Part shown: piece by piece, positions 13,139-26,600 of the stretch | Layout of the letters: each line of letters begins with the position of its first letter | Position numbering within the stretch: position 1 is the first letter of the stretch | Assembly: GCA_951406725.2 (NCBI GenBank) | Contig: OX597822.1 | Span: 64,046,001 to 64,110,000, forward strand | From: Octopus vulgaris | Lineage: Eukaryota | Direction of reading: 5' to 3' | DNA length: 64,000 nucleotides | Notes under the pieces: generated by a model | Databases searched by the model: none | Seen by the model: the letters and a program-made list of their open reading frames with translations, nothing else | Told to the model about the DNA's origin: nothing | Position numbers and translations under genes: made by a program

Positions 13139-13566
13139 AGGTGGCGAGATGGTAGAAACGTTAGCACGCCGGGCGAAAGGCTTAGCGGTATTTCGTCTGC
13201 CGTTACGTTGTGAGTTCAAATTCCGCCGAGGTCGACTTTGCCTTTCATCCTTTCAGGGGTCGATAAATTAAGTACCAGTTACGCACTGGGGTCGATGTAA
13301 TCGACTTAATACCTATGTCTGTCCTTGTTTGTCCCCTCTGTGTTTAGCCCCTTGTGGGTAATAAAGAAATAGGTATTTCGTCTGTCGTTACGTTGTGAGT
13401 TCAAATTCCGCCGAGGTCGACTTTGCCTTTCATCCTTTCAGGGGTCGATAAATTAAGTACCAGTTACGCACTGGGGTCGATGTAATCGACTTAATACCTA
13501 TGTCTGTCCTTGTTTGTCCCCTCTATGTTTAGCCCCTTGTGGGTAATAAAGAAATAGGTATTTCGT
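13139..13566 (+). mobile_element. Family-B tRNA-derived SINE: head plus two 185-bp tandem units
   Basis: GGTATTTCG at 13187, 13372, 13557; B-box GAGTTCAAATTC; central GCCTTTCATCCTTTC..GGGTCGATAAA..AGTACCAG resembles the Meta/MESC SINE domain. Confidence 0.9.
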
Positions 13567-15924
13567 TAAAGAGAGTCGGGCTAGTCGATAAGAAAGAGTT
13601 GTCTTAGTGTTGTGATATAACAAGAGCTCGATAATAATGTCTGTTAGTTCCTAGCTGGTATTTTTTATTCAAATAATTGGGAGGAAATACCTGGAAAACT
13701 AGTGAAAGCCTGTAAAAACAAACGTCATTTAAAAAAAAAAAACATTTAATAAAACCACGTTGAACAAGAAGTTAAGAATTGAGCTCTGACATTCTACAAA
13801 ATGCCTTTATACGTATGTCACGTACATAGGCAGGCTTAAAAACTATTTTTCGTCCCCCCTACTACAATAAGAAAAGGTTAGTCTCGACCTGTTATTTCCA
13901 ATTTATTTATTTATTTATTTATTTATTTTGGTTGACAGCTCAAATGATGTCCTGCCATATCGTATATCAGATAAAGTTATTCGTCCATCTGATGGATTCC
14001 TGCAGTGAAGTCAGCGAGAGTCCGCAATTAAGTTTTCGTTATTCGTTATATATTTTTATACAAAACCCTCTGGCACCACAGATCCTGCACCTCTCCTTTC
14101 TTTCTCTCATCAAAAAAATTACTCGTGATCAACTAGCATAAACAATTTAAGAAACTTTGACAAATAATAATTGATAGAGACACATGACTAGTTAGTTTGG
14201 CTGGCTAAACCAGTCTAAATTTCACACAATCACACGATAAAACAATATAGGTAGAAACTAGAGACGAGAGAACTCGGTGGTAATTTAGACGAAACGACAC
14301 ATTTTAAAATGTGACTCGGCAGTCTCTCGATCTCGCTCGCTCGCTAACCGTAGATTCATATTTTGGTAGGATAAAAAAACAAGGTGAAAAAAAGAATAAA
14401 TAAATAAAATAAACACTTAAAACTGAAACAAATAACGATTAACGGGGGATCTAGAGAGAATTAACAATGTTTGGGTGCAAGAGGGATTGAATTGAATATT
14501 AGAGTGAACAATATTTGCAGGAGGGGGGTAATACTCAGAAGGTGGTTGCATGACCACACTGTAGGCGAACACCCTATTTTAGAAAATGCATTTAGGGAGC
14601 TCAATAAGAAAACATTCATTCTTGACAATGGTGTTTAGGAGCTGGGCAAACATCTGTTCTAAAATTGTCTTTATACATTTTAAGCATCAAAATGCATTCA
14701 GATCTCTACTGTGTGCGTGTGTCCATTAAAACCTGCTGTTGTTTTGCTTCAGGCCTATCATAATTAACAGGCTCTGTGGGTCAAAAGCATTCCAGTTGTA
14801 ACCACAGTAGGGTGTGATTTGAGAGAGATTTGGCTGTTGTTTCTAGCAGGCCGAGCGACAACAATGGAGCTTCCCTAATGCCTCGAAGAAAATCTTTGAT
14901 GAAAGGTGGCATTACCACTACCACCACCACAACGAAACAGAAATGTCACAGAAACCTGCTGTGAAGTCTCTCATCACGTTTCCTTTTATGGTGGGGTTTC
15001 CATCTCTCGTTACCCACTATTGGTAACTAAGGAAACAAAAAGAGGAAGACAGGCAGGTGAGCAAATATCGGAACTATAAAAAGGACGTTTGAATCATCGT
15101 ACCTCTTCGGGAATCTGCTTAATTCCTTAAGGTCACCTTGACATTTCAGAAAGTTGAAGAAAAGAAACGGAATCTTTATATCGGGATAAACGTCGGGTAG
15201 GCGGGCTGGGAAAAACGAATGCAACCGAAAAGAATCAAACAAAACAAAAACTCATAAACGGACGAAAAAAAAAAAAAGAGAGAGAGAGAGAGAAATGAAT
15301 CGTCCCAAATTTACACCCATGTAATAAATAAGAAAGAAAGAAATGAAATAGAAATATTAAAACAAAGACACCCAAAAGCCTGTGAGAGACGGGATAAAGT
15401 TTATGGGAGACAAATTTCATAGGTCGTTAGACAAAATCACAATGGAGATGTGGAGGAGACAGCTATTTTGTTGTAGGAGCTGAAGAAGCAAATTTCCTGT
15501 CTAGACTAACTAGAAAAAAAAAAAAAAAAAAAGGAATTTTCTTTCTGAATAATTCAGGGCTTGGCATTTCGAGAAACAAAAAAACCACTGAACATTTCTA
15601 TGTGATGCGATATTTTGCAATTATCTTCTTTCCAAGGACACACGCTCACATATAGAAAAAATAATGTGAAGAAGTGTGGGGGATTTTAAAAAAAAATTTT
15701 AAGAATAATCAACAAGGAATGCCTAAAGGAAAGAAAAGGCAAAACGAAACCATATTTTAAGACGAAAATCATTGTTATTTATTTGGAGGTGAGTGGTAGA
15801 ATAGATAGGGACCCAGACCAGAAGAGCTCAATGTTTCGGTAAGGTTGTTTGACTGACTATAAATAGCAGTCAAATCTTCCTTAAATCACACTTCACCGTC
15901 TCAATAATAATAATAATAATAATC

Positions 15925-16122
15925 ATTTCTACTCTAGGCACAAGGCCTGGAATTTGGAAAGGGGACTAGTCGATTGCATCGACCCCAGTATTTCATTGCT
16001 ACTTAGTTCATCGACCTCGAAAGGATGAAAAGCAAAGTCGACCTCGGTGGAATTTGAAATCAGAACGTAAGGACGGCCGAAATGCCGCTAAGCATTTTGC
16101 CCGGCGTGCTAGCTCGCCGCCT
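15925..16122 (-). mobile_element. Family-B SINE with the older tail
   Basis: TCTACTCTAGGCACAAGGCC tail through GCTCGCCGCC head. Confidence 0.85.
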
Positions 16123-16266
16123 AAATGATGATAAAGACACATTGGCTGATGTAGTCCAAGGTACTGGATGTTTGTAATGAAAGATGGGATGGTCATAATT
16201 GAAACGCCAAAGGACCAATCAGTAAATCTGTTCGATCACTTTATTCTTTTCGTTCATCACCTTATA

Positions 16267-17104
16267 CAGGGTGTCCCAAAAGTCACTGATGGATTTCAAT
16301 TTTTAATAACTTCCTTAACTTTATAAATAAATGCATTAAATTTTGATGCAATATAAAGGACATAATGGAAATTAATGGGCATGATTCAAATTTTGCAACA
16401 CCACTACATGGCAGCCATTTTCGACTTCGCACGCCCGTGCTCTTTCCAAAGCTTGCACCACAACACTTTCAAGAGATTCAGACCCCATTTCATTGATTTT
16501 TCTATTGATGTTCTCCTTTCAGTTGCACCAGGGTCTCCGGTTTGTTGACGTAAACCATCTCTTTCAGGTAACTCCCCATAAAAAAATAAAAAATCCAGGC
16601 TGGTCAAGTCTGGGGAACGTGAAGGTCAGCTAACATTGCCGTAGCGGGAGATTGTTCTCCCTCCAAAGCACAGCCGTAGCAAATGCCTCGTTTGTCTTGC
16701 GGTATGAGAAATTGCGTTACCCCATCTTGCTGGAACAATGAGCGAGGTCTACTTCAAGTGGCCTTCACGTTCCCCAGGCTTGATTAGCCCAGATTTTTTC
16801 TGGTGGGGATACCTGAAAGAGAGGGTTTACTTCAACAAACCGGAGTCCTTGGTAAAACGAAAGGAGAGGAGAACATCAATAGAGAAATGGAGTCTGAAAC
16901 TCTTGAGGGTGTTAAGGTGCAAGTTTTGGAAAGAGCACCGGCTTGCGAAGCCGAAAATGACTGGCATTTAAGCGATGTCGTTTTTCATATGTGACGTAGT
17001 AGTGTTGCACAATTTGACTCGTGCATATTAATTTCCATTATGCTCTTTGTATTGTATTAAAATTTCATGCATTTATTAGTCAAGTTAAAGAAGTTATTCT
17101 AAAA
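16267..17104. mobile_element. Fold-back Tc1/mariner remnant built from two inverted transposase 3' ends
   Basis: TA+CAGGGTGTCCCAAAA terminus; minus arm FQQDG..PSRSPDLTSLDF..YLKEMVYVNKPETL; plus arm WPSRSPGLISPDFFWWGYLKERVYFNKP..ACEAENDWHL; frameshifted. Confidence 0.9.
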
Positions 17105-17234
17105 CATACCCGCATACATGCCTTCCTCGTAAACTGTTATGGTGCAAGTAAAATATCACCTAGTCAACTCCCTACTTCAAGATGACGTAACAGATTCTAT
17201 TAGGTGGTGCTATAATTAAGTTAGACACGGCCAT

Positions 17235-17608
17235 ACTCTTTACTTGTTTCAGTCATTCGACTGTGGCCATGCTGGAGCACCGCCTTTAGTCGAGCAAATC
17301 GACCCCAGGACTTATTCTTTGTAAGCCTAGTACTTATTCTATCGGTATCATTTGCCGAACTGCTAAGTTACGGGGGACGTAAACACACCAGCATCGGTTG
17401 TCAAGCGATATTTGGGGGGAGGGGCAAACATAAACACACACATCTATATATATATATATATATATACGACGGGCTTCTTTCAGTTTCCGTCTACCAAATC
17501 CACTCACAAGGCTTTGGTCGGCCCGAGGCTATAGTAGAAGACACTTGCCCAAGGTGCCACGCAGTGGGACTGAACCCAGAACCATGTGGTTGGTAAGCAA
17601 GCTACTTA
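17235..17608 (-). mobile_element. Young family-A SINE
   Basis: Close to the family consensus seen in this window; extreme 5' end truncated. Confidence 0.9.
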
Positions 17609-19744
17609 CAGACCGAAACACATTTAAGTTTAAAACATCGATTAACACAACGACATACATTTTGCATAGGGAAGCAGTTGATATAAAATTGGGTATGTAT
17701 GTTGACGGGGACAACATTGTTTTTGCATATCCCACTTCTGACAGATAACGTTAAATTTTTCGAATGGCGGTGCCCCAGCATGGCCACAGCTTGTGAGCTG
17801 AAACTAGATGAAATGGAATGATATTCGTAATCTCCAACATGTTAAACCTAGGAATTCGAATAAACTTTTTCAGAAAAATGTATTTTTCAAGGTAAAGTGC
17901 AAATCTGCATTAACCCCAGATATAATAAATCACAGCATTTCACTGATACTTTATTTTATCGACCAAGAAAAGCTGACTTCAGTTATATTTAAACGTAGAT
18001 TGTAAAAACACTGATATAAAACATTGCAAGCACTCCCAAAGCCTCCCCCACCACTTTTCTCGGTACTTCACTAAATCTTCTCTTCGATGTATACATAATT
18101 AAATATGGAAGAAAAAAAAAAAAAACCTCATAAAAATATATGAGGGATATTTTGTTAGTAAATCTTAAGGTGAAAGCATTTGTTGAAAAAAGAGGAGCGG
18201 GGAAATGACTACAGCTTTCAATTAGTTGTTCCCCTTCTTCACCACTCTCCTGTAATGTGGGAGAGAACATGGCCGGAGAGGAAGTAGAAGCAACAGTATT
18301 AAAAAACGAAGACATCCTAAGACAGGAAAAGTGGGTCAGGGATAATTTTTAACGGCGGATAGCAAAAAAAAAATTTGTTTAGAAACGCACGAACCAACCA
18401 ACGAACGTGGTGAACGAGTGTGTACGCCACGACACGGCACAGATCTCCACCGTCACTTCCACTTTTTAACACACCAGAACCACCACCATCACTACGACCA
18501 TCACTAACACATCGTCAACGGAATAAGTACCGCCGCTGCCTCTAGTAGCATTATCATTAGAACTATCCCACACTTCATCACCAGAGGAACCGCCACCAAC
18601 TACAGCAACAGCAACAACAACATCAATTTATATTTATAAGCTTGGGTTAACACAACATTCGCCATTCAACATACTGTGGTGGAGGTGGATAATTGAAATA
18701 ACATATAAGGAAAGGGAGCGACTGCGTAAGACATTTTTTGATGAGGGTGGTGGTGATGGTGGTGGTGTGGATGGGCGGGTGGGGTGAGAAAGAAGTAAAA
18801 AAAAAAGAAAATATATATATAAATAAAGGAAAACAAAAAACAAAAATTGCTGATGGGCAACCAGGACTTGTCTGGTTGGCTGACTGTCGTATCGCATCGG
18901 GTGTGGTCAATAAGTGAAGTTTGAAGCAACTATGGGATTACAGCTGTGTGTATAAGTGTGTGTGTGTGTGTACATTACACATACAAAAATTCTCACTCAT
19001 ATTGTGTTTACTCATACAGAAATTCAGAGACGACACGTGTATGTGTGTGCTGTAAGGAAAAAACGGAAAACAGTTATTCGTTATGTGCAAGGGAAGCTGT
19101 ATTAGTTTAAAACAGCAATCTGTGCATTATACTTAACGTAGATACATCACAGAAGGCCAAATTAGCTGCAGTATTCGTCCTGAGATGATATCTCTTAGAA
19201 ACGAAGTGTATGTCAGTAACAGACGAAAATTGTCCAGCAGCGGTGACAATATTGACTGGAAGGCATTTCTGCTTCTTTGAGCTTCGTATGTAGCAAGTAC
19301 CCAGAGGAAACGCATGCATTGGCAAAATCCATCGTCACCGAGACAAGAAAACAGCGACTGAAAAATTACTGGTGTCGCAGATAGCCGGTGAGCTGAATGA
19401 AAGTTCCTTAAGAGCAACAGAAGCTATATTAGTCTAAAACAGTAATCTGTGTATGATACTTAAAGCATATAAATCACGAAATCCGCATTAACTGTGGTGT
19501 TTGTCTTGAGATCAACATCTCTTATAAACACGTACAATGCGAAATGTGAAGAGGAAGACTGAAAACAAAGGGAGAAAGGAGTAAAATTAGTTTAGAGGGC
19601 TTTCAGCGCAGAGTATCTTGATATTCGTTCGGAACGAGTAATTCTTCGCTTGGTAAGCTGGTTCATCCTGGAACAAGTACGACCAATCATGGACTAAGCC
19701 CACTTCTACCACATAAGCGTACACGCATATATATATATGCATAC

Positions 19745-19866
19745 ATGCATTGGATGTCACTGGTATTTGAATACCAAAACTAACACCACCATGTGACCTA
19801 TTTTGACCAATAGTAGCATGACCTCGAGCAACCATTTGAACTTCCTTCATCTCTTCATTCGGTCGC
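19745..19866 (-). CDS. Candidate coding exon of an unidentified gene (RPNEEMKEVQMVARGHATIGQNRSHGGVSFGIQIPVTSNA)
   Basis: Non-repetitive open frame bounded by TTTAG acceptor and GTATGC donor; no recognised homology; weak polypyrimidine tract. Confidence 0.3.
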
Positions 19867-20733
19867 CTAAACTTGACGAGTTAGGTTTCACTGAGTCAAA
19901 CCAAATTATTTAAAATACAACATACAAAATTAGCCGACAATCATTTCGGTTTTGACCCATGGAGAAGTCCGAACACATCAGTAGTGATCAGTGAAGCTTG
20001 CTTACCCCTCCGCCGCTTAGCTTGTTCTCGAAGTCATAAAACAAACCTATTTGACACAGTACATTAGCGGATCTCAAACAGAAAGAGCATTGGTGCACTG
20101 TCGAGTTAAAAAAAAATAATTTAAGGCTTTAGAAAATCTATACTTAATGCCTTAATATTTCGAAAAATGTGTTATAAATAATAAAACGAGGCAAGCAATA
20201 ATTTTCTCTCTATTTTTTTTTTCTTCTAAAGTCTTAACTTCAATTTTTATGCTTTTCATGCGAAGTACACAAATATATATTTTGTTTTCATATCTTCAGA
20301 GCGCCGTGAAGTCTAAAAGGTTGAGAAGCATTGCCGCAAAACCCACGTTTAGCACTATAATACCTACTTTAGGGTATTAGAGAATGAATGAACGAAAGGG
20401 GTTGACGAAGAAAGTGTGCAAACGAAATTTCAAAAGAGCAAGAGTTGTAGGAGAATGCAGAGAGAGTGGAGGAGAAAGAGAAAAGAAGGAGAGTGTATCT
20501 GCTTCTCTTCAAAATAAGCTAAACAACGAGTGAGAAAGTTAGGTGTATGCAGAGAGAGAGAGAGGAAGGTGACCAGACCAGCGTAAAGTTATTTGACCAG
20601 CGAAACATAAGAAGTTATTTTACAAAGAGACGCAATGGTACAGAATAGAAATGGCCAGCTTCGGTTACAGAAACAAGAAACCCGAATCGTTTGGTGGAGC
20701 TAAATTTCATTACTTTCGGGTGTTTAAGCCTCA

Positions 20734-20770
<37 letters not shown>

Positions 20771-23477
20771 TTCTTGTTCTCTCGTGGCATTCGTCCGTAC
20801 ACTCCCACAGCTCTCAACCCTACCTCTTTCTCTCTCTCCTTTTCCCTCACACAAACAGACGTGCGCGCACGCACACAGCTGCAGCAACCACTACCACCAC
20901 CATCACCACTACTACTTAAAGCGTGTATGTAAAACAGTTTAAGGCTTGTGTATTACGTTCAAAGTTTGGGAATTGTTCTTTCCTTCTCGTCCTGAGCAAT
21001 TAAAATTGTTCTTAAATCAAACCCTACACCTAAAAAAGGTATCTAAAATTACATTGGATAATGTGGATACACGGGGTCAGAAAAAAAAAGCGCAGGATGT
21101 TCAAAGAACTACTCAGTTGAATTTATTTATTAGAAAAATGGCTAGTAGAAAAATGTTCCCGTAACCAAAGGCTTAAAAGTGTGTTTGGATATATATATAC
21201 GTCTTCCATTATACTGCGTGTATGTAAACGCAGATAAGAGGAAAGATATATTTAATTTAAAGAAATAAATGAAATAGAGCTGATTTAATTTGTGAATCAA
21301 AGCTTGTGTTATCAATAGGGTGATTATTTCTATTGGCCTTTAAGTGAAGATTTTTCAATGAGAGATGTGAAGATGTGACTTTCACGACTTTCCAAACAGA
21401 TTAGAGAATTTACCATCTGCGTACCAGATGACATTCACAGACGTGTTGAGAAGGAAAAACAACCAAAACAAAAATATATACGAATGTCAAAGATCTTACA
21501 TGAAAGACATCAACATGAGCAGTTAAGTAACTTAAACCAGTAATTACGATTAGCGAAGTAAAAACAGCAAAAAGAAAGGAAAAAGAAAAAACATCAATGC
21601 TTTCTAAAACCTTGTGCTTAGTTCTGATTCCATGGCGTTAAACACAAGAGAGTTTAAAGTGCCTTTGGAAGGGACGCCTGACTATCGCTGGTAACATTCC
21701 CAGAAGATCTGGTGTCTATTTATGGCGTGTGTTGTCCGGGAACAGAACGGAACGCCTGTGGTGGTTTTGAATTCATGAACTTGCGAGCCTGTTGTAGTCC
21801 AATACACCTTAATCATTCGACCACTTCGATTTTGTTCGAAGACAAACGACACGAAGAATGTGGCAGAGGAATGTAGAAGAACAAACATTGGATGAAGAAA
21901 AGAGCGAGGAGAATGGACAAAGGAACTACACGTGATCCTTGCTTGTGAAGTTGTGTTAAAGGGAAAATAATTACTGGACATCTGCATACACACTGGACAC
22001 AGATTCCTAATTAGATAGACCAAAACAATACATGGTGGACGCACTGAATGAAGCTTGTGATTTGGGTAGACAGACAGATCATACAGGTCAAGAGAAACTG
22101 CGTATTTTATTATAGTGTGTGGATGTAGTTAGATTCAGAATTGAGAAGAGGCATAAATCGCCTGTTCACACGGCAGGCGAGAGAATGAAGCAAAGAGAGA
22201 GAGAGAGCGAGAGAGAGAAGATAAGCGAATTGGTTGTAAAGGGGTTATTATTTTCACCCATAAACTATCACTTCAAACACATCTCATCTCTCCCTAATAT
22301 AAAGCCATACACCAAACGAGCCACGAACGAGCCAGTCCCTCTCTCTAGGCGGTCGCTAAATCTGCTAGAATTAACAGTCAAACACCATCGCCACCCTAAA
22401 CCATTCGTCGGCTTTTTTCATCATGAAAAAGCCGACAACTGACAGTTCACACTGACCGGGGCTACGTACAGCAATCAAAATACAAGTGATAGCTTAGCTT
22501 AACCACGAAGGTTTTAGCTTGTTAATAGTATTAAAAAAATACCATCAACACAAAACCTCGTTGACAATTTTGGCGGCAAATACAAATTTTGCCTTCGAAA
22601 AACTGCTTTTTTCTTTCTCTCTCATGATTTACACAAAATATCGATACAGATAGTGGCTTAGCTCGTTCGATCGCTATTTTATCAAAAATTTCTTGTATGT
22701 TATTCACACAAAATAGAAGAGAAACTATTGTTACTAATATATGGAAACAAAACATTTCCGGGATCCTACTGATCGGGAAGTCTCTTCGTAGCTACTTGAT
22801 TTGCTAGAAATAGCAGCAAATAAATCTTTCCAACTAAAAAAAAAAAGAAAAAGAAAGAAAGAAAAACCATATTTGGTTAAGTATGTATTGTATAAATAAA
22901 ATATGGGGTTGTCATGGCTGAAGCGACTTTGATTATATTTTTGATTAAAGGTTGACTTTGGAGCTAAACAAACAATTTCCACGAGCAGACAAGGGAACTT
23001 ACAAGTGGCCGCATTACCCGTTAGAAACCGAAACCAGATCGACCTCAAATCACATCCTATTGTCTAAATGAGCGATATGAGACTCCCCCCGTTTCACATT
23101 TATGAATTCATAGGATTAAAGGTTCGTTATTTTTTCTAGTGTTCCGCAGGTTCTTATACAGTCTTATTTCACCCTGGAGCTAAAAATGCGCCTCATACCT
23201 GGTCTAAATATGAGAGGATAGTCGTACCTGAAATGCCTCTGAGCCCCGGGGCGAAATTTCTATTACAGGAAGCTTCAATTAGCAATTAGAACTAGCGAAT
23301 ACAAATAATCCCTCGCCATATCGCGGTTTATCACTCAAGCTTACGTCGATTCCTCCGTTTTGCATTTATAATATAATAAATATATACAAATTATAAAAAT
23401 ATAAAAATGAGTACAGTACACTACTGTACTCTTCGCGGGGGTTTTGGAACGTAACACTCGCGATAGTCGAAATTACC

Positions 23478-23705
23478 TATTTCTTTACTACCCACAAGGG
23501 GCTAAACACTGACAGGACGAACAAGGACAGACAAACGGATTAAGTCGATCATATCGACCCCAGTGCGTAACTGTACTTATTTAATCGACCCCGAAAGGAT
23601 GAAAGGCAAAGTCGACCTCGGCGGAATTTGAACTCAGAACGTAACGGCAGACGAAATACCGCTAAGCATTTCGCCCGGCGCGCTAACGTTTCTGCCAGCT
23701 CGCCG
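23478..23705 (-). mobile_element. Young single-unit family-B SINE with target-site duplication
   Basis: CGCGATAGTCGAAATTACC at 23459-23477 and 23704-23722. Confidence 0.92.
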
Positions 23706-24499
23706 CGATAGTCGAAATTACCGTAGATCCAAATTTCAACGCGGACCACACACATATATATTCGTGCATATAATATACATACGCATAACAAGCACACATT
23801 TAACTATTCATCCATACATTTATATGTATACATAAACATGCATAAACAAACAACCACACACACATATTGACTAAAACTACTTCTGCACACACTCTGCAAC
23901 ATCTATTCCGTCAGTTTCGCGTTTTGATCGACATAATCAAAATATAAATCAATCTGGATGCTTAGAGAGAAACAGACGGAACAATGTTTATAGTTTGGTT
24001 TTGACCGAACTAAATTATTTACACTTTATCTTCGGTCTTGAGTACTTTTTCGCATGTCCGGTACCGTGTGTGTATACACAAACACACCTGAAATGTTGAC
24101 TGATCAATCAATACACAGAACAATAGCACACGTTAATTGCTTTCCACAAAAGGTAGAGGTGTGGAAAGAGGTATCGCAGAAATCCGTGTTCTACCGTTCT
24201 ACCACGAAGCTTTTTTTGTTTTTTTGTTTTAGCTGGTTTAAAGAAATCGCTTCCTGTTCGAGGTTTTTTTTTTTACGAGTGCAAAAGATTGGATGAGGTG
24301 TGTGTGCATGTTGAATAAACTGATGCGTAACTGGTGTAAATAGGCAGAAATGTGGACAGAGAGAATTAAAGAATAACTGAAACATAAAATAGTCTAGAGA
24401 GAGAAAGAGGAAGATAGAACAAGTTCACAAAATATAGCAAACGAAATACATAATCACAAGTTCATACACACATACACACACACATATATATATATATAA

Positions 24500-24734
24500 A
24501 TCACGCGACCGACCAGACCATCAGATGTTGTTACACATCGCTGGTCACAATGCGAGCAGGCCAACAGAAGAAAGAGTGGGAGAAGGAGTGGTGAAGGAGT
24601 ACAGCAGGGATCACCACACCCTGCCGGAGCGTCGTGGAGCTTTTAGGTGTTTTCGTTCAATAAACACTCACAACACCCGGTCTGGGAATCGAAACCGCGA
24701 GTCCGCTGCCCTAACCACTGGGCCATTGCGCCTC

Positions 24735-24737
<3 letters not shown>
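24500..24737 (-). mobile_element. Family-C tRNA-derived SINE, alternative 3' tail
   Basis: Head GGAGGCGCAATGGCCCAGTGGTTAGGGCAGCGGACTCGC shared with the copy at 56217. Confidence 0.85.
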
Positions 24738-24795
<58 letters not shown>

Positions 24796-25647
24796 CACTA
24801 CCCCAAGGAAGCTCTCGCTCCACCTGTTACGAACAGTAACCAAATCTCACCCACAGTTCTAAGAAAAGGACACGTTGACCAGAATGGTCTTGTTTTTTTT
24901 TCTTCCCGTAGCAAATAGACGAGATGGCTATGGTTGGGAGCTAAACAGCAAGAACAACCTTTTCTAGCTTTAGATACAGTATTTTGGGAGATGTTTGTAA
25001 TTAGTTTAATCGACCTTAGTACTTGATTACAAAATTCATTTTTACCAAACCAGGCAAAAATGAAACGCAAAATCCACTCCGATGGGATTCGAACCTGCGA
25101 GCTCTGCGTTAGCAAGCTGGGTACATGTAAGGCATCAATCTCAGCTGATTTCTTCCCCATGTAACGCACATAATTCCCTCTGCCCTCCATGTGTGTGTGT
25201 GTGTGTGCGTGCGTGTGTCCGCGCGCATCTTTTGTCAGACTGCCTGCAGCATGTGTGCGTGTGTTCGTTTCTTTTGCTGGAATATTCATTTGTATATCCA
25301 CTCGTATGCATTAAGGTGTGTGTGTGTGTGTGATTAACTCTTTTCGTTTATTCTTTCATCTTTTACAGACGTCGGCCGTTGCCTCTCAAACTTCCATATT
25401 TTATATACGAGTATTGGTTGAGGACATTTAAGTGAAAACTTCCCCTCGCTAAGGCAAAAACTGCCCCGTGTACACTTTCTCTCTTACTACTTCGCACATG
25501 TCTATCTCACCAGTTCTCGTTCGATCACCGAAGTAACGTCGAGCCTAGTTAGTACGTAGATAGGGGACCGCAATGTCAATATCCGTAACCCCGTTAACAA
25601 ACTCTGCCTAACTAGCTTCTATATCAGCTGTGAACTTTATTCCACAC

Positions 25648-26600
25648 CAGTGGCTCTCAACCATTTCTTACCTACGGAACCCTCGATTACTATTTCACTC
25701 TGGTGGATTCCCATAGTCATTCGATGTTTAAAAAACTAGTTTTATAGAAACTTCTTCCAAAACTCCCGTTTTGTTTTTCGCACATTAACCCGTGTAGGTT
25801 GAAATATGTAAAACATTAGAGAAAGAAATCTTACAGTTTGTTGCAAATAAACACGCTTAAAGCAAAAGATCTTTTCATGGACTCTTATTTCTTTACATAT
25901 TTAATCGACCTCCAAAGTTGCCCACGGCAGATTTGAATTCAGAACGTAACGGCAGACGAAATACCTATTTCTTTACTACCCACAAGGGGCTAAACACAGA
26001 GAGGACAAACAAGGACAGACAAACAGATTAAGTCGATTGTATCAACCCCAGTGCGTAACTGGTACTTATTTATCGACCCCGGAAGGATGAAAGGCAAAGT
26101 CGACCTCGGCGGAATTTGAACTCAGAACGTAAAGACAGACGAAATACCTATTTCTTTATTACCCACAAGGGGTTAAACACAGAGGGGACAAACAAGGACA
26201 GACATAGGTATTAAGTCGATTACATCGACCCCAGTGCGTAACTGGTACTTAATTTATCGACCCCGAAAGGATGAAAGGCAAAGTCGACCTCGGCGGAATT
26301 TGAACTCAGAACGTAAAGACAGACGAAATACCGCTAGACATTTCGCCCGGCATGCTAACGTTTCTGCCAGCTCGCCGCCTTTTTTTTTTTTTTTTTTTTT
26401 GGGGGAGCAACGTGAAACGAAGTGTTTTGCTCAAGAACACAACGCGTCGCCCGGTCCAGGAATCGAAACCATAATCTTACGATCATTATGCTGACACTAA
26501 CCACTAAGCCACGCGCCTCCACCTTTCATGGACTCTTCATATACTACAGTTGTTATTTTGTTTGCGTGGGTTCTCAGGAGTTATATTGACACCGTGAACA
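25648..26600. mobile_element. hAT-like MITE interrupted by a composite SINE
   Basis: CAGTGGCTCTCAACC left terminus similar to the MITE at 37699; right end degenerate. Confidence 0.5.
25887..26523 (-). mobile_element. Composite insertion: family-D SINE head + poly(A) + family-B head and tandem units
   Basis: Flanking direct repeat TTTCATGGACTCTT at 25873-25886 and 26524-26537. Confidence 0.8.

Noticed and set aside
13187-13566. Retrozyme (hammerhead-containing tandem repeat)
   Set aside because: No CUGANGA core found on either strand of the 185-bp unit.
21682-22044. 120-aa minus-strand ORF in unique sequence
   Set aside because: No recognisable domain or convincing splice signals; non-ATG start.
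23409-23431. Short perfect hairpins here and at ~31311-31338 and ~54962-54987
   Set aside because: 10-12 bp stems with no supporting context; not interpretable alone.
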